Shown here piece by piece: positions 38,604 to 49,286 of a stretch of DNA of 64,000 bases. The notes beneath the pieces were generated by a model. It made no database searches and was not told the DNA's origin. It saw only the letters and a list, made by a program, of their open reading frames with translations. Source of the DNA: an uncultured Clostridia bacterium (lineage in GTDB: Bacteria > Bacillota > Clostridia > TANB77 > CAG-508). The position numbers and the translations under genes were made by a program. The stretch is from positions 6,562-70,561 of the forward strand of contig CALXFE010000004.1 in the NCBI GenBank assembly GCA_944387545.1, given 5' to 3'. Position 1 is the first letter of the stretch; each line of letters begins with the position of its first letter.

Positions 38604-40361
38604 TTATATTTCATACCAAAAATATAACCCATCTTTAAAATTTTCTATATTTTGATCTATTACATAATTTGTTATTCCCATATCATCTATATTATAGCAT
38701 ACACTTTGGAAACCATATTCATTTAACTTAATTTTTACGGTTTCTTGTGTGCTTGCATAATTTTTAAATTCGTTCAAATTTCTTGATATATATCTATTAT
38801 TTTCTATTACGTATTCAAAATTACTATATGCAATTAATCCTATATTAAACATCATTGCTATGGCAATGATAACACCTGCTATAGCCTGTTTCTTATTCTT
38901 CAAATCTTCAAATAATCCTATTAACGCCATTATTGGAACAATATAGAAATAAGATATATATCTTGCCCAATAATTTCCATCAATAACTAATATTAGTATA
39001 GCCATTACTCCTAGAATAATTACATATGGTATAAATATATTCCATCTTTTTTGGATAGCATATTTGACTAATAGATATATAGTAGCTATTCCTGCTAATA
39101 TAATCACACCACTAAATAGTGGTCCAAATCCACCGATTCTTATATCTGGTATAGTGTAATTTTTTATCTCTTCTTTAGATGTCGTAAAAGGTACTTTCAA
39201 TTCTGGTTGATTTTGATCAACTGGATATGATGGAAGTACATTTTCTCCTTTAGAAAATAATGAAATTAGAAAAGTTTCTAAATGATTTTTGTCAGCAAAA
39301 GATTTTGGCTGTTCCTTTTCAGGAATATTTTGCACAGTCGGCTCATTGTATAACGGGTATAGCGGATGACCAAAACTTATAAAATTGTGAAAATAAGATG
39401 TATATCCTATAACCCCAACTGAAATCACAACTGCTATAACATAAAAAATAGAGTATTCTTTCAGTTTCTTAATAAATATTTCTTTTCCTTCTTTATATGC
39501 TAATATTAACCAATATACATAAAACGCGAAACAAAACATTGCCGCAAATGCTATTCCTGTAAATTTAGCATTTATACATATTGCTATTCCTGCCGCCAAT
39601 ACGAGATATCTTTCTATCTGACTTGATAGGTCAGTCTTCTTATTTTTATCTGCAATTGCTACTAATTCTAATAATATAATCGCAATACTAAACATGATTG
39701 TTGCATCAACATAATAGTTATTGAATTGTACCAAACTGATTGGATTTACTACTAATAGAAAACCTATTAATAAAGAAAATATCACATTTTTATTTTTCTC
39801 ATTTACTAAATAAGATGTGATTAATCCAAATACAATATACATTAAAAGTACTGTAAATACCTTTCCAGTTTCAATGTTTCCAGTAACTGCATATATTGTT
39901 GAAGCAAATATTTCTGTTCCTTTTGGATAATGATCAACCCACATAGGGTTATAATTTTCATCTAAAATGTCAAAAGCATTTCCTTGTTCTTTGTTAAAAT
40001 CTCTAGAACTTTCATATACTGGATTCCAACCGTTTTTTAGCTGTCCAATTGCTAATTTATGATATGTATTTCCATCTTGTGTTATATCATAAAAATGTCC
40101 TATTGCCCATATTCCTATAACGAAAATAAATGTAGCTAATATCAGTGATACAATCTTTTTATTGATTTTATCTTTTCTATATAGTAGAAGAAATACTAAA
40201 ATCGTAAATATATATATTACTGGTAAATGCAATGATGTTACTGATATTTTAGCAAAAAATCCTAAAGAAGTTATCGTCATAATAAAAAAGAATAACATTA
40301 ATAAAAATATAGACGATTTTTTTAGTACATCAAATATATAATATTTTTTTGTTTCTTTCAT
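38604..40361 (-). CDS. Large polytopic membrane glycosyltransferase-like protein (GtrC/YfhO-like, GT-C fold candidate).
   Basis: 585 aa with more than 12 TM helices and a periplasmic loop. Sits directly downstream of gtrA-gtrB-like genes. Confidence 0.4.
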   Translation of the reverse strand: MKETKKYYIFDVLKKSSIFLLMLFFFIMTITSLGFFAKISVTSLHLPVIYIFTILVFLLLYRKDKINKKIVSLILATFIFVIGIWAIGHFYDITQDGNTYHKLAIGQLKNGWNPVYESSRDFNKEQGNAFDILDENYNPMWVDHYPKGTEIFASTIYAVTGNIETGKVFTVLLMYIVFGLITSYLVNEKNKNVIFSLLIGFLLVVNPISLVQFNNYYVDATIMFSIAIILLELVAIADKNKKTDLSSQIERYLVLAAGIAICINAKFTGIAFAAMFCFAFYVYWLILAYKEGKEIFIKKLKEYSIFYVIAVVISVGVIGYTSYFHNFISFGHPLYPLYNEPTVQNIPEKEQPKSFADKNHLETFLISLFSKGENVLPSYPVDQNQPELKVPFTTSKEEIKNYTIPDIRIGGFGPLFSGVIILAGIATIYLLVKYAIQKRWNIFIPYVIILGVMAILILVIDGNYWARYISYFYIVPIMALIGLFEDLKNKKQAIAGVIIAIAMMFNIGLIAYSNFEYVIENNRYISRNLNEFKNYASTQETVKIKLNEYGFQSVCYNIDDMGITNYVIDQNIENFKDGLYFWYEI

Positions 40362-40376
40362 ATTTCTTAATCCCCT

Positions 40377-41336
40377 TTATTCATTTGTTTCTTTTTCGCC
40401 ATTATATTCATTCACTAAGTATAATGGTCTATTTTTACTTTCATTAAAGATTCTTCCTAAATATTCTCCTATAATACCAAATAACAATATTTGAATACCT
40501 GAGAAAAATAAGATTAATAATATAATTGCCTGAAAAGCTTGTATTGCTGTATTTGTTACAATACATTTTACAATAACATAAATAAAGTATATAAATAACA
40601 CTATAAATGTAGGTATACTAATATATGTTGATATTCTAAGAGGTGAGGTTGTAAATGATGTAATTCCATCTATTGCTAAATCTACTAACTTTTTATAATT
40701 CCACTTTGTTTGTCCTGCTATTCTTGGATCTCTGTCATATAATACTTCTTTCTTTTTATAACCAATCCAACTAAACATACTTTTTGAATTTCGCTGAGAT
40801 TCTCTCATTTTTTTCAAGGCATTTACACATCTTCTATCTAATAGTCTAAAATCACCTGTATCTTTCTGAATTGGTACATTTGTTAAACTCTGAAGTACTC
40901 TATAATACATTTTTGAAGTAAATTTCTTTAGCCAAGTTTCTCCCTTTCTAGAGCTTCTTTTAGCATATACATCATCATATCCTTTTTCCCAATATTTAAT
41001 CAATTCTGGAATCAGTTCTGGTGGATCTTGCAAATCAGCATCCATAAATATAACAGCATCACCTTTCGCGTAGTCTAATCCTGCAATCATAGCGATTTCT
41101 TTTCCAAAATTCCTAGAAAAATCAACATAACTTATTCTCTTATCTTTTTCTCTATATTCTTTAATTAAATTGATTGTATTATCTTTACTCCCGTCATTTA
41201 CAAATAATATTTCAAACTCATAATTATCTAATGAACTCATTAATTTTTCCAATCTGTCATATAAATGTGGTAATGATTCTTCTTCATTGTATGCTGGTAT
41301 GATAATACTAACTTTCTTCATTTTTATCACCTTCAT
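40377..41336 (-). CDS. gtrB: Polyprenyl-phosphate glycosyltransferase (GT2, GtrB/CsbB/ArnC-like).
   Basis: Has the GT2 N-terminus VSIIIPAYNEEESL and DAD motif DADLQDPPE. Two C-terminal TM helices are present. Confidence 0.8.
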   Translation of the reverse strand: MKVIKMKKVSIIIPAYNEEESLPHLYDRLEKLMSSLDNYEFEILFVNDGSKDNTINLIKEYREKDKRISYVDFSRNFGKEIAMIAGLDYAKGDAVIFMDADLQDPPELIPELIKYWEKGYDDVYAKRSSRKGETWLKKFTSKMYYRVLQSLTNVPIQKDTGDFRLLDRRCVNALKKMRESQRNSKSMFSWIGYKKKEVLYDRDPRIAGQTKWNYKKLVDLAIDGITSFTTSPLRISTYISIPTFIVLFIYFIYVIVKCIVTNTAIQAFQAIILLILFFSGIQILLFGIIGEYLGRIFNESKNRPLYLVNEYNGEKETNE

Positions 41337-41343
41337 TTTTTAT

Positions 41344-41802
41344 TTATTTTTTTATGTTTTCTTCTAACTTATCTTTATCTTTTTTTCTAAAAATTAATAC
41401 TTTACTAAAAATATAATTTAATACAATCACAATAACTTGTGTTATGCATTTTGCTATTAAATCATTTATTCCTAATATTTTTATCATAAAGCTAAATAGC
41501 ACAGTATCTAATACTGCCGTGAATATTCTACAACCAAAAAATGATACTAGTTCTCTTAATATATCTTCTAATTTTGTACTTTTACTTTCAAATACATATA
41601 TTTTGTTTGTTACATATGCAAATAGGATTGATATGATTTGTGCTACTATATTGCTAACTACTTCATCTACATGAAATAGTTTAGCAAATATAGCGTAAGT
41701 TATAATATTTACTAATGTTGTTAATACACCAAAAATCAAATAATTTACGATTTCTTTATATTTCTTGTATAATTCTTTAATTTTTTTCACTTTATCCTCC
41801 AA
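41344..41802 (-). CDS. gtrA: GtrA-family flippase-like small membrane protein.
   Basis: 152 aa with 4 TM helices (VNYLIFGVLTTLVNIITYAIF...) in the GtrA pattern. Confidence 0.7.
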   Translation of the reverse strand: MEDKVKKIKELYKKYKEIVNYLIFGVLTTLVNIITYAIFAKLFHVDEVVSNIVAQIISILFAYVTNKIYVFESKSTKLEDILRELVSFFGCRIFTAVLDTVLFSFMIKILGINDLIAKCITQVIVIVLNYIFSKVLIFRKKDKDKLEENIKK

Positions 41803-41819
41803 ATTTTGTTTTACTGCTA

Positions 41820-42593
41820 CTACAATTCTTCTGCAAATCTTTTTTGCAATTTATTAAATATGAAATATCCTATTATACATATCACAATTGATATAATTAA
41901 TACAATTATCAACCCTTTTATATCCGGCATTGTGCAATCATAGAATATATTTCTATATCCATCAATGATATATGTCATAGGATTTAATTTTAATATCCAA
42001 GCGAATTCCTGTGGTATTGTATTTGATGCATATACAATAGGTGTTGCATAAAACAACAATTGTAAGGCAACGCCAATCAAATGTTGTAAATCCCTAAAGT
42101 AAACAGTAACACTTGAAACGATAAATGATATTCCTAAAACCAATATATATTGAACTAAAAATATCAACGGATATATGAATATATATTTTGTTAAAGGAAT
42201 TCCCCCTCCTATTACAAAAGCAAGAATAATAATTGTCGATATAACAAAATTTACAGCTTCACTTGTTACAACAGATATTGGCAATATTGCCCTTGGAAAA
42301 TATACTTTTTTCAATAAATTTCCATTTTCTATTAGTGTAAACGCTGATCGATTTATTGCTGTTGAAAAGAAAGTCCAAGGTATTAATCCTGCACACAAAA
42401 ATACCACATAATTTGGTTGTGTGTTTTTTAATATAAGAGGAAATACGATTGCATATACAGCAATTTGTAACAATGGATTTAAAAAAGACCATAATACGCC
42501 TAAAAATGAATTCTTATACCTTCCTCTTATTTCTTTTTTTACATTTGTTTTTAATAATTCTCTATAATTGTATAGTTCTTTAAAAAATTTCAT
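41820..42593 (-). CDS. tagG: ABC-2 type polysaccharide/teichoic-acid export permease (TagG/Wzm-like).
   Basis: 257 aa with 6 TM helices and ABC-2 permease organisation. Confidence 0.7.
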   Translation of the reverse strand: MKFFKELYNYRELLKTNVKKEIRGRYKNSFLGVLWSFLNPLLQIAVYAIVFPLILKNTQPNYVVFLCAGLIPWTFFSTAINRSAFTLIENGNLLKKVYFPRAILPISVVTSEAVNFVISTIIILAFVIGGGIPLTKYIFIYPLIFLVQYILVLGISFIVSSVTVYFRDLQHLIGVALQLLFYATPIVYASNTIPQEFAWILKLNPMTYIIDGYRNIFYDCTMPDIKGLIIVLIISIVICIIGYFIFNKLQKRFAEEL

Positions 42594-42703
42594 AACACTT
42601 TTATGATATATTTAAAATATCATATTTTCTCCTTCCTCTTAGAGTTTTTACATACTTTTTTATATTTATATAATCTAAAATATCGTTTAAATCATTTACG
42701 TTT

Positions 42704-44995
42704 TTATGATTTTCCTATTATTTCTTTGATTTTATCATAAACATGCATTTTTCTTAATATGACCACAATGACATGTTTAAATTTATATGTTAAAGTTTTT
42801 GTTTCATCTACATATTCATAAAGATCTTTTGCATAAGAAATATCTATATTTTTTTCATTAAAGTCTTGACATAGCCATTTGTATTCTGGTTCTGCTGCTG
42901 CAAAATTTCTTGTTATGATTTCTTGTGTTAAATTTTCACACTTTGCTAACGCTTTTCCATTCTCAACCTTTGTTGGTCTTGCATTGCCCTTTGTTTTCTT
43001 AAATATTTCATCCATATTTTTTATCATATTATCAATTGTAAATCCGTTTAAGATTCTGGCTCTGCATTTCTTTTTATATTCTTCTAAATTATCTAATATT
43101 TTTATAATTCCATTTACATATGGTTCTACTTCTTCTTTTTTATAATTGAAATCAAATATATCCTTTTCTTCCTGTAGACATGGAACAATAATGCCTACTT
43201 CTTCTGTAATTAATTCTTTTTGTCCTCCTACATCAGAAGATAATACTGGAACGCCCATTGATAATGATTCATATGCCGTAAGGGCTAGTCCTTCTTTTAT
43301 TGAACAATTTAAAGTCATGTCTGATATAGCATATATTTTTTCTGTTTCTCTTACATTTCCTAAAAATACCATATTTTTTGTTAAATTATGTTTTTTAGCA
43401 TCTAATTTTACATCTGCAAGCCATGGCCCATCTCCAGCTACTATGACTAAAAAGTCGTCTCTTTTTTCTTTTAGTTCTTTTAATATTCTTAATAGTAGAA
43501 ATGGTCTTTTTTGCTCACTTATTCTACAAATAAAACCAATGGTTTTCTTACCATTTGTCTCTATGTTTAACTCTTTTAAAATTTCTTTTCTATCATATAG
43601 CTCAGGATTAAACTTTTTCTCATCAACACCTATGTACATGGTATGTACTTCTTCAGAATTTCTCTTAAAGTGTTCAACTAATATTTTTTCTGAATTTGCA
43701 TTACAAACATAAGTATCATCTATTACTGAACTATAGGCACTTGAGTCTCTTGAAAATCCACCATTACGATTATACCATTCTTCCATATGTACATAATCTA
43801 TGATTGGAATTTCTGGATGTTTTGCTTTTAAATATGGAGCTACTGCATATCCAAACTTACTGTTTGTTGTAAAAACAATATCAATATTTTGAGATTGTAT
43901 TAAATACAGTAAAAAAGCTGGCCAATATTTTTGATCTAAAAAAGCTGGAAGCTCATATATTTTAGCATAATCTTCAAATTGCAATCTCCAAGGATTATTA
44001 GATGGTTCTGTTGTAATAATCGTAAACTCATATTGTTCTTTGTTCAATCCTTTTATTAAATCCAAATTAAATTTATCTGCCCCACCAGTTACCATCCATG
44101 GTAATAACATTAATATTTTTATTTTTTGATTAGATTTATGTTTTGGTATTATTATACTATCAGATAAAGTATCTTCTATTATCTTCCAATTAAAATCTGA
44201 TTTTGGGTATTGTATTCCTTCACGTATATCTACAATTCGCCTTGCAATATTTCTTCCATATTCCAATGCTTTTTTTTCATTTTTTGAATTTGTTCTAGAT
44301 AATTCACTCTCTTCTGGAGCTTTTTTTCTATACCAAAAGCCTAAAAAGCTCATTCTAACAGGGAATTTCTTTTTTTCTATCAATTTTAACCATAAACACC
44401 AATCTTCATATATGGTTTTATCTTGCAAGTCAAAACCATTCACTTCTAAAAAGTCCTTTTTCTTTAAAAGGGCTGTCATTACTAGCAAATTCATTTCCAT
44501 TTCTTTTTTGACAGAATACCATTTTCTCCATAAAAATTCTTGTCCATCAAAATTAATTGTATCTGTATAGGTCCAACTTGCGTCTGGGTGTGTTTTTAAT
44601 GTGATATATGCACACTCGATAAATGTATTACATATTAAATCATCAGCATCTAAAAACAACAAATATTCGCTATTTTTATCAGTTTGTTTTACGCCATAAT
44701 CTCTTGCTAATGCTGGTCCTCCATTTTCTTTGTGAAAAACTTTAATTCTTTCGTCCATTTTTTCTATTTCTTTTAGTTTGTCTTTTGCTTCTTTGCTTGG
44801 AGAATCATCATCGACAATGATCCATTCAAAATATGGAAATGTTTGATTTAATATCGAATTTGCTGTTTGTTCTATATATTTTTCACCATTATAATAAGGT
44901 GTTATGATACTAATAATGGGTGTATGATTATGATTATTTTCAAACTCAATTTTTTCTAATTTTCTTCCAGGTGATAATTCGTAATCTATATCCAT
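42704..44995 (-). CDS. Bifunctional glycosyltransferase (N-terminal GT2, C-terminal GT4). The 5' end is trimmed to an internal Met.
   Basis: GT2 motifs ISIITPYYNGEKYI...IVDDDS sit in the N-terminal half. GT4-like ...EGLALTAYESLSMGVPVLSSDVGG sits in the C-terminal half. The listed ORF (to 45103) extends over the tagH 3' end; MDIDYELSPGR is the more plausible start. Confidence 0.65.
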   Translation of the reverse strand: MDIDYELSPGRKLEKIEFENNHNHTPIISIITPYYNGEKYIEQTANSILNQTFPYFEWIIVDDDSPSKEAKDKLKEIEKMDERIKVFHKENGGPALARDYGVKQTDKNSEYLLFLDADDLICNTFIECAYITLKTHPDASWTYTDTINFDGQEFLWRKWYSVKKEMEMNLLVMTALLKKKDFLEVNGFDLQDKTIYEDWCLWLKLIEKKKFPVRMSFLGFWYRKKAPEESELSRTNSKNEKKALEYGRNIARRIVDIREGIQYPKSDFNWKIIEDTLSDSIIIPKHKSNQKIKILMLLPWMVTGGADKFNLDLIKGLNKEQYEFTIITTEPSNNPWRLQFEDYAKIYELPAFLDQKYWPAFLLYLIQSQNIDIVFTTNSKFGYAVAPYLKAKHPEIPIIDYVHMEEWYNRNGGFSRDSSAYSSVIDDTYVCNANSEKILVEHFKRNSEEVHTMYIGVDEKKFNPELYDRKEILKELNIETNGKKTIGFICRISEQKRPFLLLRILKELKEKRDDFLVIVAGDGPWLADVKLDAKKHNLTKNMVFLGNVRETEKIYAISDMTLNCSIKEGLALTAYESLSMGVPVLSSDVGGQKELITEEVGIIVPCLQEEKDIFDFNYKKEEVEPYVNGIIKILDNLEEYKKKCRARILNGFTIDNMIKNMDEIFKKTKGNARPTKVENGKALAKCENLTQEIITRNFAAAEPEYKWLCQDFNEKNIDISYAKDLYEYVDETKTLTYKFKHVIVVILRKMHVYDKIKEIIGKS

Positions 44996-45024
44996 TTTTT
45001 CTACAATCCTTTCTTTGTATGTCT

Positions 45025-45819
45025 CTATTTTGTTGCTTCTACATAGGCATCTGTTACTTCTTTTGTATTTCCATCCATTTCTATTTTTCCATCTCGAAGC
45101 CATACAGCTCTATCACATAATTTTTTTACAGATTGCATACTATGTGATACAAATACCATCGTTTTTCCTTCTTTTTTTAGTTCCATCATTTTTTCCATAC
45201 ATTTATTTTGAAAATGCTCATCTCCAACAGATAATACTTCATCAAATAATAAAATATCTGCATCAACATTTATTGCAATTGAGAAAGCTAAACGCATATA
45301 CATTCCTGATGAATATGTTCTAACAGGATTATCTATATAAGAACCTAATTCTGAAAATTCTATAATTTGTTCTAATCTATTATCAATTTCTTTCTTGGTT
45401 AATCCAAATATGGAAGCATTAAAATAGATGTTTTCTCTTCCTGAAAAGTCTGGGTGGAAACCTGCACCTAACTCTAATAAAGAAGTTAATTTTCCATTTG
45501 TAATAATCTTTCCTTTATTTGGATAAATGATTTTTGTCATTAATTTTAATAATGTTGATTTTCCACTTCCATTTGTTCCAATTAATGCAACCACTTCTCC
45601 TTGTTTTATTTTTAAATTTATTCCTTTTAATACTTCCCTTTTTTCTTTTCTGTTTCTTGAAAATAAAAATAATAATTTTTCTTTTATTGTATTTGCCTTA
45701 TCTAAATAAACATTAAATGTTTTATATACATTTTCTACAATAATTTTATATTCTTCACTCATAATTTGTAATCTTCTCCTTCTTTGGGTAATTATAACAA
45801 TACTTAATTTAAAAATCAA
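45025..45819 (-). CDS. tagH: ABC transporter ATP-binding protein for glycopolymer export (TagH/Wzt-like).
   Basis: Walker A GTNGSGKST, signature YSSGMYMRLAF, Walker B ILLFDEV. Confidence 0.8.
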   Translation of the reverse strand: MIFKLSIVIITQRRRRLQIMSEEYKIIVENVYKTFNVYLDKANTIKEKLLFLFSRNRKEKREVLKGINLKIKQGEVVALIGTNGSGKSTLLKLMTKIIYPNKGKIITNGKLTSLLELGAGFHPDFSGRENIYFNASIFGLTKKEIDNRLEQIIEFSELGSYIDNPVRTYSSGMYMRLAFSIAINVDADILLFDEVLSVGDEHFQNKCMEKMMELKKEGKTMVFVSHSMQSVKKLCDRAVWLRDGKIEMDGNTKEVTDAYVEATK

Positions 45820-48368
45820 CCTTTTTGTTTTCTTATTTTATTTACAATATTTGCTATTTTACTAGTATATTTCCATCTTTTACTTCCATAAACTTTCTGT
45901 AACTCTTCTTTATATTCTTTTTCTAATCTCTCATTTTCTGCTTGTTCTCTTTTTATATTTTCTATATTAATATCTCTTAGCTCTACTTGTCCTTTTAAAT
46001 AAGTTAGTTCTTTTTCTTTTTCTCGTAAATATGCTTTTATGTCTGCTAATTCCCTCTTTAATTGTTTTTCTGACTCTTCATTATTTAGAATGTCTATTGC
46101 CATTTTTATATCATTAGTTTCTATCATGTTAAAAAATCTTTCTTTATTTTTGGTATATTTCACTGATGCGGTAAGCACTGGATTTGCCTTTAAAATGCTA
46201 TCAAAATCTGTTTCTTTATATTCTATATTTTCCTTTACTTTCTCAAATAATTCTTGTCCTTTCTTTGTATTAATGATTAATGCAGACACACCTTTATCAT
46301 CATCCATTTGGGGAAATACATTTTCGATCCCCCAAAAATCTCCTATTATCATATCTGCACTATTTTTCTTGTTAAATCTCATTTCGCAGTTATAACAAGA
46401 GTCTCTTAAAAAATAATTTTTTAGAAAGCCTTGCATATATGAATCTTCTGTAAATATGTTCTTTTCTTCACTTTTTAGTGACTTATATACCATACTAAAT
46501 TTGTGCCAACCATTATCTTTGTTTCTAAATTGAATATCATCAATTTGCGTGTTATCTTTTTTCTCTTTTTCTTCAATAAATTGCTTAAATACCTGTGGAC
46601 TAGGTACTCCATGACATATGATAGAAATACAAATCAAATTATTATATTCTTTACCTAAATACGATTTTAAGCCTTCTATTTGACAAGGAGTTCCTGTAAA
46701 AATTACTTTTATACCATTTGTTAAATCATTTTTTACATCATGGTAAATAAATCCAACTTGACTTTGTACATATTTTGACCCCATAATTTTGTATAAATCT
46801 TGTGCATTATCTATACGAATATGTTTTGCCACTTTATTTTCTAATGTTACACCATAGATAACCCCTTTATTTTCTAATATATTTTTAGCAAATAGTGCAA
46901 CCATTCCCCCTGATGAACTATGTTCTCTATCAACTTCATTCTTGTTTTTTGTTGCATAAAAACGAGGCTTGTCTATTTCACTTTTATATACTTTATTTAC
47001 TGGACAGATATTCTTACATAAATCACATCTTATACATTTTTCATCATCAATTTCTGGGTATATAAATCCATCATCACTCTCTACTAGTCGTATCGCATCA
47101 TTTGGACAGATATTCACACATGCCATACAACCAGTGCATCCATTTTTACTTGTTACATATTTTTTATCTAAAGCATCTAGTCTTTCTAACATTAGATTTA
47201 CTAGGTTTTCTGCTCTATCTTTATATCCCGGCATTTTTTCTCTTAATATTTCTTTTATTTTGTCTTCATTTTCTGTTATAAATTTAAATTTTTCTAATAA
47301 TAATTCTGGTGTTATTGTGTCTACTGGTATTACATAATTTTCATATTCTCCAAATATATCTAATGCAATTCCTTTTGATTTCACGCTATATCCAATAACT
47401 AAAGTTGGAACAATACTAGAATATCCTGCAATACTTGCATGTGTCCTTGCTGCAATTAAATAAGCACAATTTGATATGACATATTTTAATTCTTGACAAT
47501 CATATATTCTATCATCTAATACATATATTCTTTCTTTATCTTTATATAAATCTTTTATCATTTTTAATGAATCTAAATCATTATTTCCCTGTATATACAC
47601 ATGTGGAATTAAACAGATATTATTATCTGTCTCTTTTAGAATTATATCAATCAATGCTTTAAAACTATCTAAAATATGGTTTTCATTTTCGGTATACTTT
47701 GAAATTAATGGACTAATATTAATTCCTACGACTTTTTTATTTTCTTTAAATATAGCAGGTAGATCTATCTCTGTTGTTTCTAAAGAAAAGGCTGTGTCTG
47801 GTACAAGCATTAATCTTTCCTCATCAATATATTGGGATAATGCTTTATATGTTAATGTTTCTCTTACCATTAATAAATCATAAGATTTTAAATCTCTTAT
47901 CATCTCATCAGATTTCATTTCCTCAAACAAAGAAGTGCACCAAAATACATTTTTCTTGTTTTTTTCTTTTATTTCTTTATTAATTGTGTAAATCCAATTT
48001 GGTTCACCATAACAATAATTGTCTCCTCCAACAGATAAACAAATATCAGCGTTTTCAATTTCTTTAATGCAATCTTTTTCATATATTTTTTCAAAATTAG
48101 TATAGTCAAATGGTATGGTTTTAAAATAGTCTAGCTTTTCTTTTTCTTCTTCTGAAAGTTCCTCTTCTTTGTAATATCCTTTTACATATTTTGTTATAAT
48201 ATCATTATACATATTTTGGTCATTCATATCATTTGTCGATAGTACAATTTCTCCATCACAACTTTTCTGTATTTTCTTTACTGTTGTATTTACAATTGCC
48301 TCACAGCCTTTATTTAGAAATGAACCTTCTCCATACAACAGAAAATTTAGTTTTCTTTTTTCTTTCAT
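45816..48368 (-). CDS. Polysaccharide pyruvyl-transferase-like domain fused to a 2x[4Fe-4S] ferredoxin, an F420-hydrogenase-beta-like domain and a C-terminal coiled coil.
   Basis: CTGCMACVNICP and CIRCDLCKNICP ferredoxin motifs sit mid-protein. The N-terminal ~400 aa is pyruvyl-transferase-like (GGDNYCYGEPNW). 850 aa. Confidence 0.5.
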   Translation of the reverse strand: MKEKRKLNFLLYGEGSFLNKGCEAIVNTTVKKIQKSCDGEIVLSTNDMNDQNMYNDIITKYVKGYYKEEELSEEEKEKLDYFKTIPFDYTNFEKIYEKDCIKEIENADICLSVGGDNYCYGEPNWIYTINKEIKEKNKKNVFWCTSLFEEMKSDEMIRDLKSYDLLMVRETLTYKALSQYIDEERLMLVPDTAFSLETTEIDLPAIFKENKKVVGINISPLISKYTENENHILDSFKALIDIILKETDNNICLIPHVYIQGNNDLDSLKMIKDLYKDKERIYVLDDRIYDCQELKYVISNCAYLIAARTHASIAGYSSIVPTLVIGYSVKSKGIALDIFGEYENYVIPVDTITPELLLEKFKFITENEDKIKEILREKMPGYKDRAENLVNLMLERLDALDKKYVTSKNGCTGCMACVNICPNDAIRLVESDDGFIYPEIDDEKCIRCDLCKNICPVNKVYKSEIDKPRFYATKNKNEVDREHSSSGGMVALFAKNILENKGVIYGVTLENKVAKHIRIDNAQDLYKIMGSKYVQSQVGFIYHDVKNDLTNGIKVIFTGTPCQIEGLKSYLGKEYNNLICISIICHGVPSPQVFKQFIEEKEKKDNTQIDDIQFRNKDNGWHKFSMVYKSLKSEEKNIFTEDSYMQGFLKNYFLRDSCYNCEMRFNKKNSADMIIGDFWGIENVFPQMDDDKGVSALIINTKKGQELFEKVKENIEYKETDFDSILKANPVLTASVKYTKNKERFFNMIETNDIKMAIDILNNEESEKQLKRELADIKAYLREKEKELTYLKGQVELRDINIENIKREQAENERLEKEYKEELQKVYGSKRWKYTSKIANIVNKIRKQKG

Positions 48369-48408
48369 AACTTTCCTCCCACCCTTTTATTTTCTTTACA
48401 AATTATTT

Positions 48409-49266
48409 TTATTCTTCTTTCCAATGATGAAGTTTGTATTTTATATATTCTTTTTCTCTCGTATCATATTTATCTTTAATAATTTTTAAGTATTTTTTCT
48501 TTTCTTCTCTATCATCAATTATTTTTGATACTGTTTTTTTTAATATTTTTCTGTGGTTTTGCATTCTGGCTAAAACATCTTTCATGGTTTCTTTTTGACG
48601 AGAATGACTATTCTCCCTTACTAGATAATTATATACAACGACATCTATATAACCTGTTTTACTTTTATATACTGCTGGTAAAATAATTTGCCAATTCTGA
48701 CCAGCTTTATTGACATAAATATCTCTTCCTTTATTATTTTTTAAGAATTGAGACATTCTCATCATAATTACGCCAGGAAAACAATAAATATCTTTTTCTA
48801 TAATATAATTCATAAATAAATCCGTATTTTGTAGTTCTTTACTTCTTCTAATTTCGATAATTTCCTTTTGTTCATTATCTTTTCTAAAAGCCGCATTTCC
48901 TCTAACTGCATTATAATCTTTGTGTGTATCTAGAAAATTTACCATCGTTTCAATTGCATTATCTTCATAATAATCATCTGAATCTGCTTGAACAAAATAT
49001 TCACCTTCTACATATTGTAATCCATAATTAACAGCTGCTGCTTGTCCTGCATTTTTTTGTTTTATATATTTTAAAATAATACCTTTATGTTTTAGTTTTT
49101 CTTCATATTGCTTTACGACTTTTTCTGTATTATCTGTTGAACCGTCATTTATAAATACAAATTCTATATTCTGATATGTTTGTTTCAATAAAGAATCTAT
49201 CAATATATGCACATATTTTTCACCATTGTAGCATGGTGTTATTACTGTTACTAATCCTCTTTTCAT
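48409..49266 (-). CDS. GT2-family glycosyltransferase.
   Basis: VTVITPCYNGEKYV...FINDGSTDNT, DxD-like ADSDD. Confidence 0.8.
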   Translation of the reverse strand: MKRGLVTVITPCYNGEKYVHILIDSLLKQTYQNIEFVFINDGSTDNTEKVVKQYEEKLKHKGIILKYIKQKNAGQAAAVNYGLQYVEGEYFVQADSDDYYEDNAIETMVNFLDTHKDYNAVRGNAAFRKDNEQKEIIEIRRSKELQNTDLFMNYIIEKDIYCFPGVIMMRMSQFLKNNKGRDIYVNKAGQNWQIILPAVYKSKTGYIDVVVYNYLVRENSHSRQKETMKDVLARMQNHRKILKKTVSKIIDDREEKKKYLKIIKDKYDTREKEYIKYKLHHWKEE

Positions 49267-49286
49267 AAAATACCCCTTTTTATCTA

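Noticed and set aside
42259-42492. 77-aa ORF inside the tagG-like permease gene.
   Set aside because: It is an alternate frame within a convincing ABC-2 permease CDS.
44996-45103. N-terminal extension of the 799-aa GT ORF (MASRWKNRNGWKYKRSNRCLCRSNKIETYKERIVEK) that overlaps the tagH 3' end by ~79 nt.
   Set aside because: The extension is Arg/Cys-rich, is unlike GT N-termini, and runs through the upstream gene's coding end. The internal Met (MDIDYELSPGR...) is the more plausible start, so I trimmed the CDS rather than calling a long overlap.
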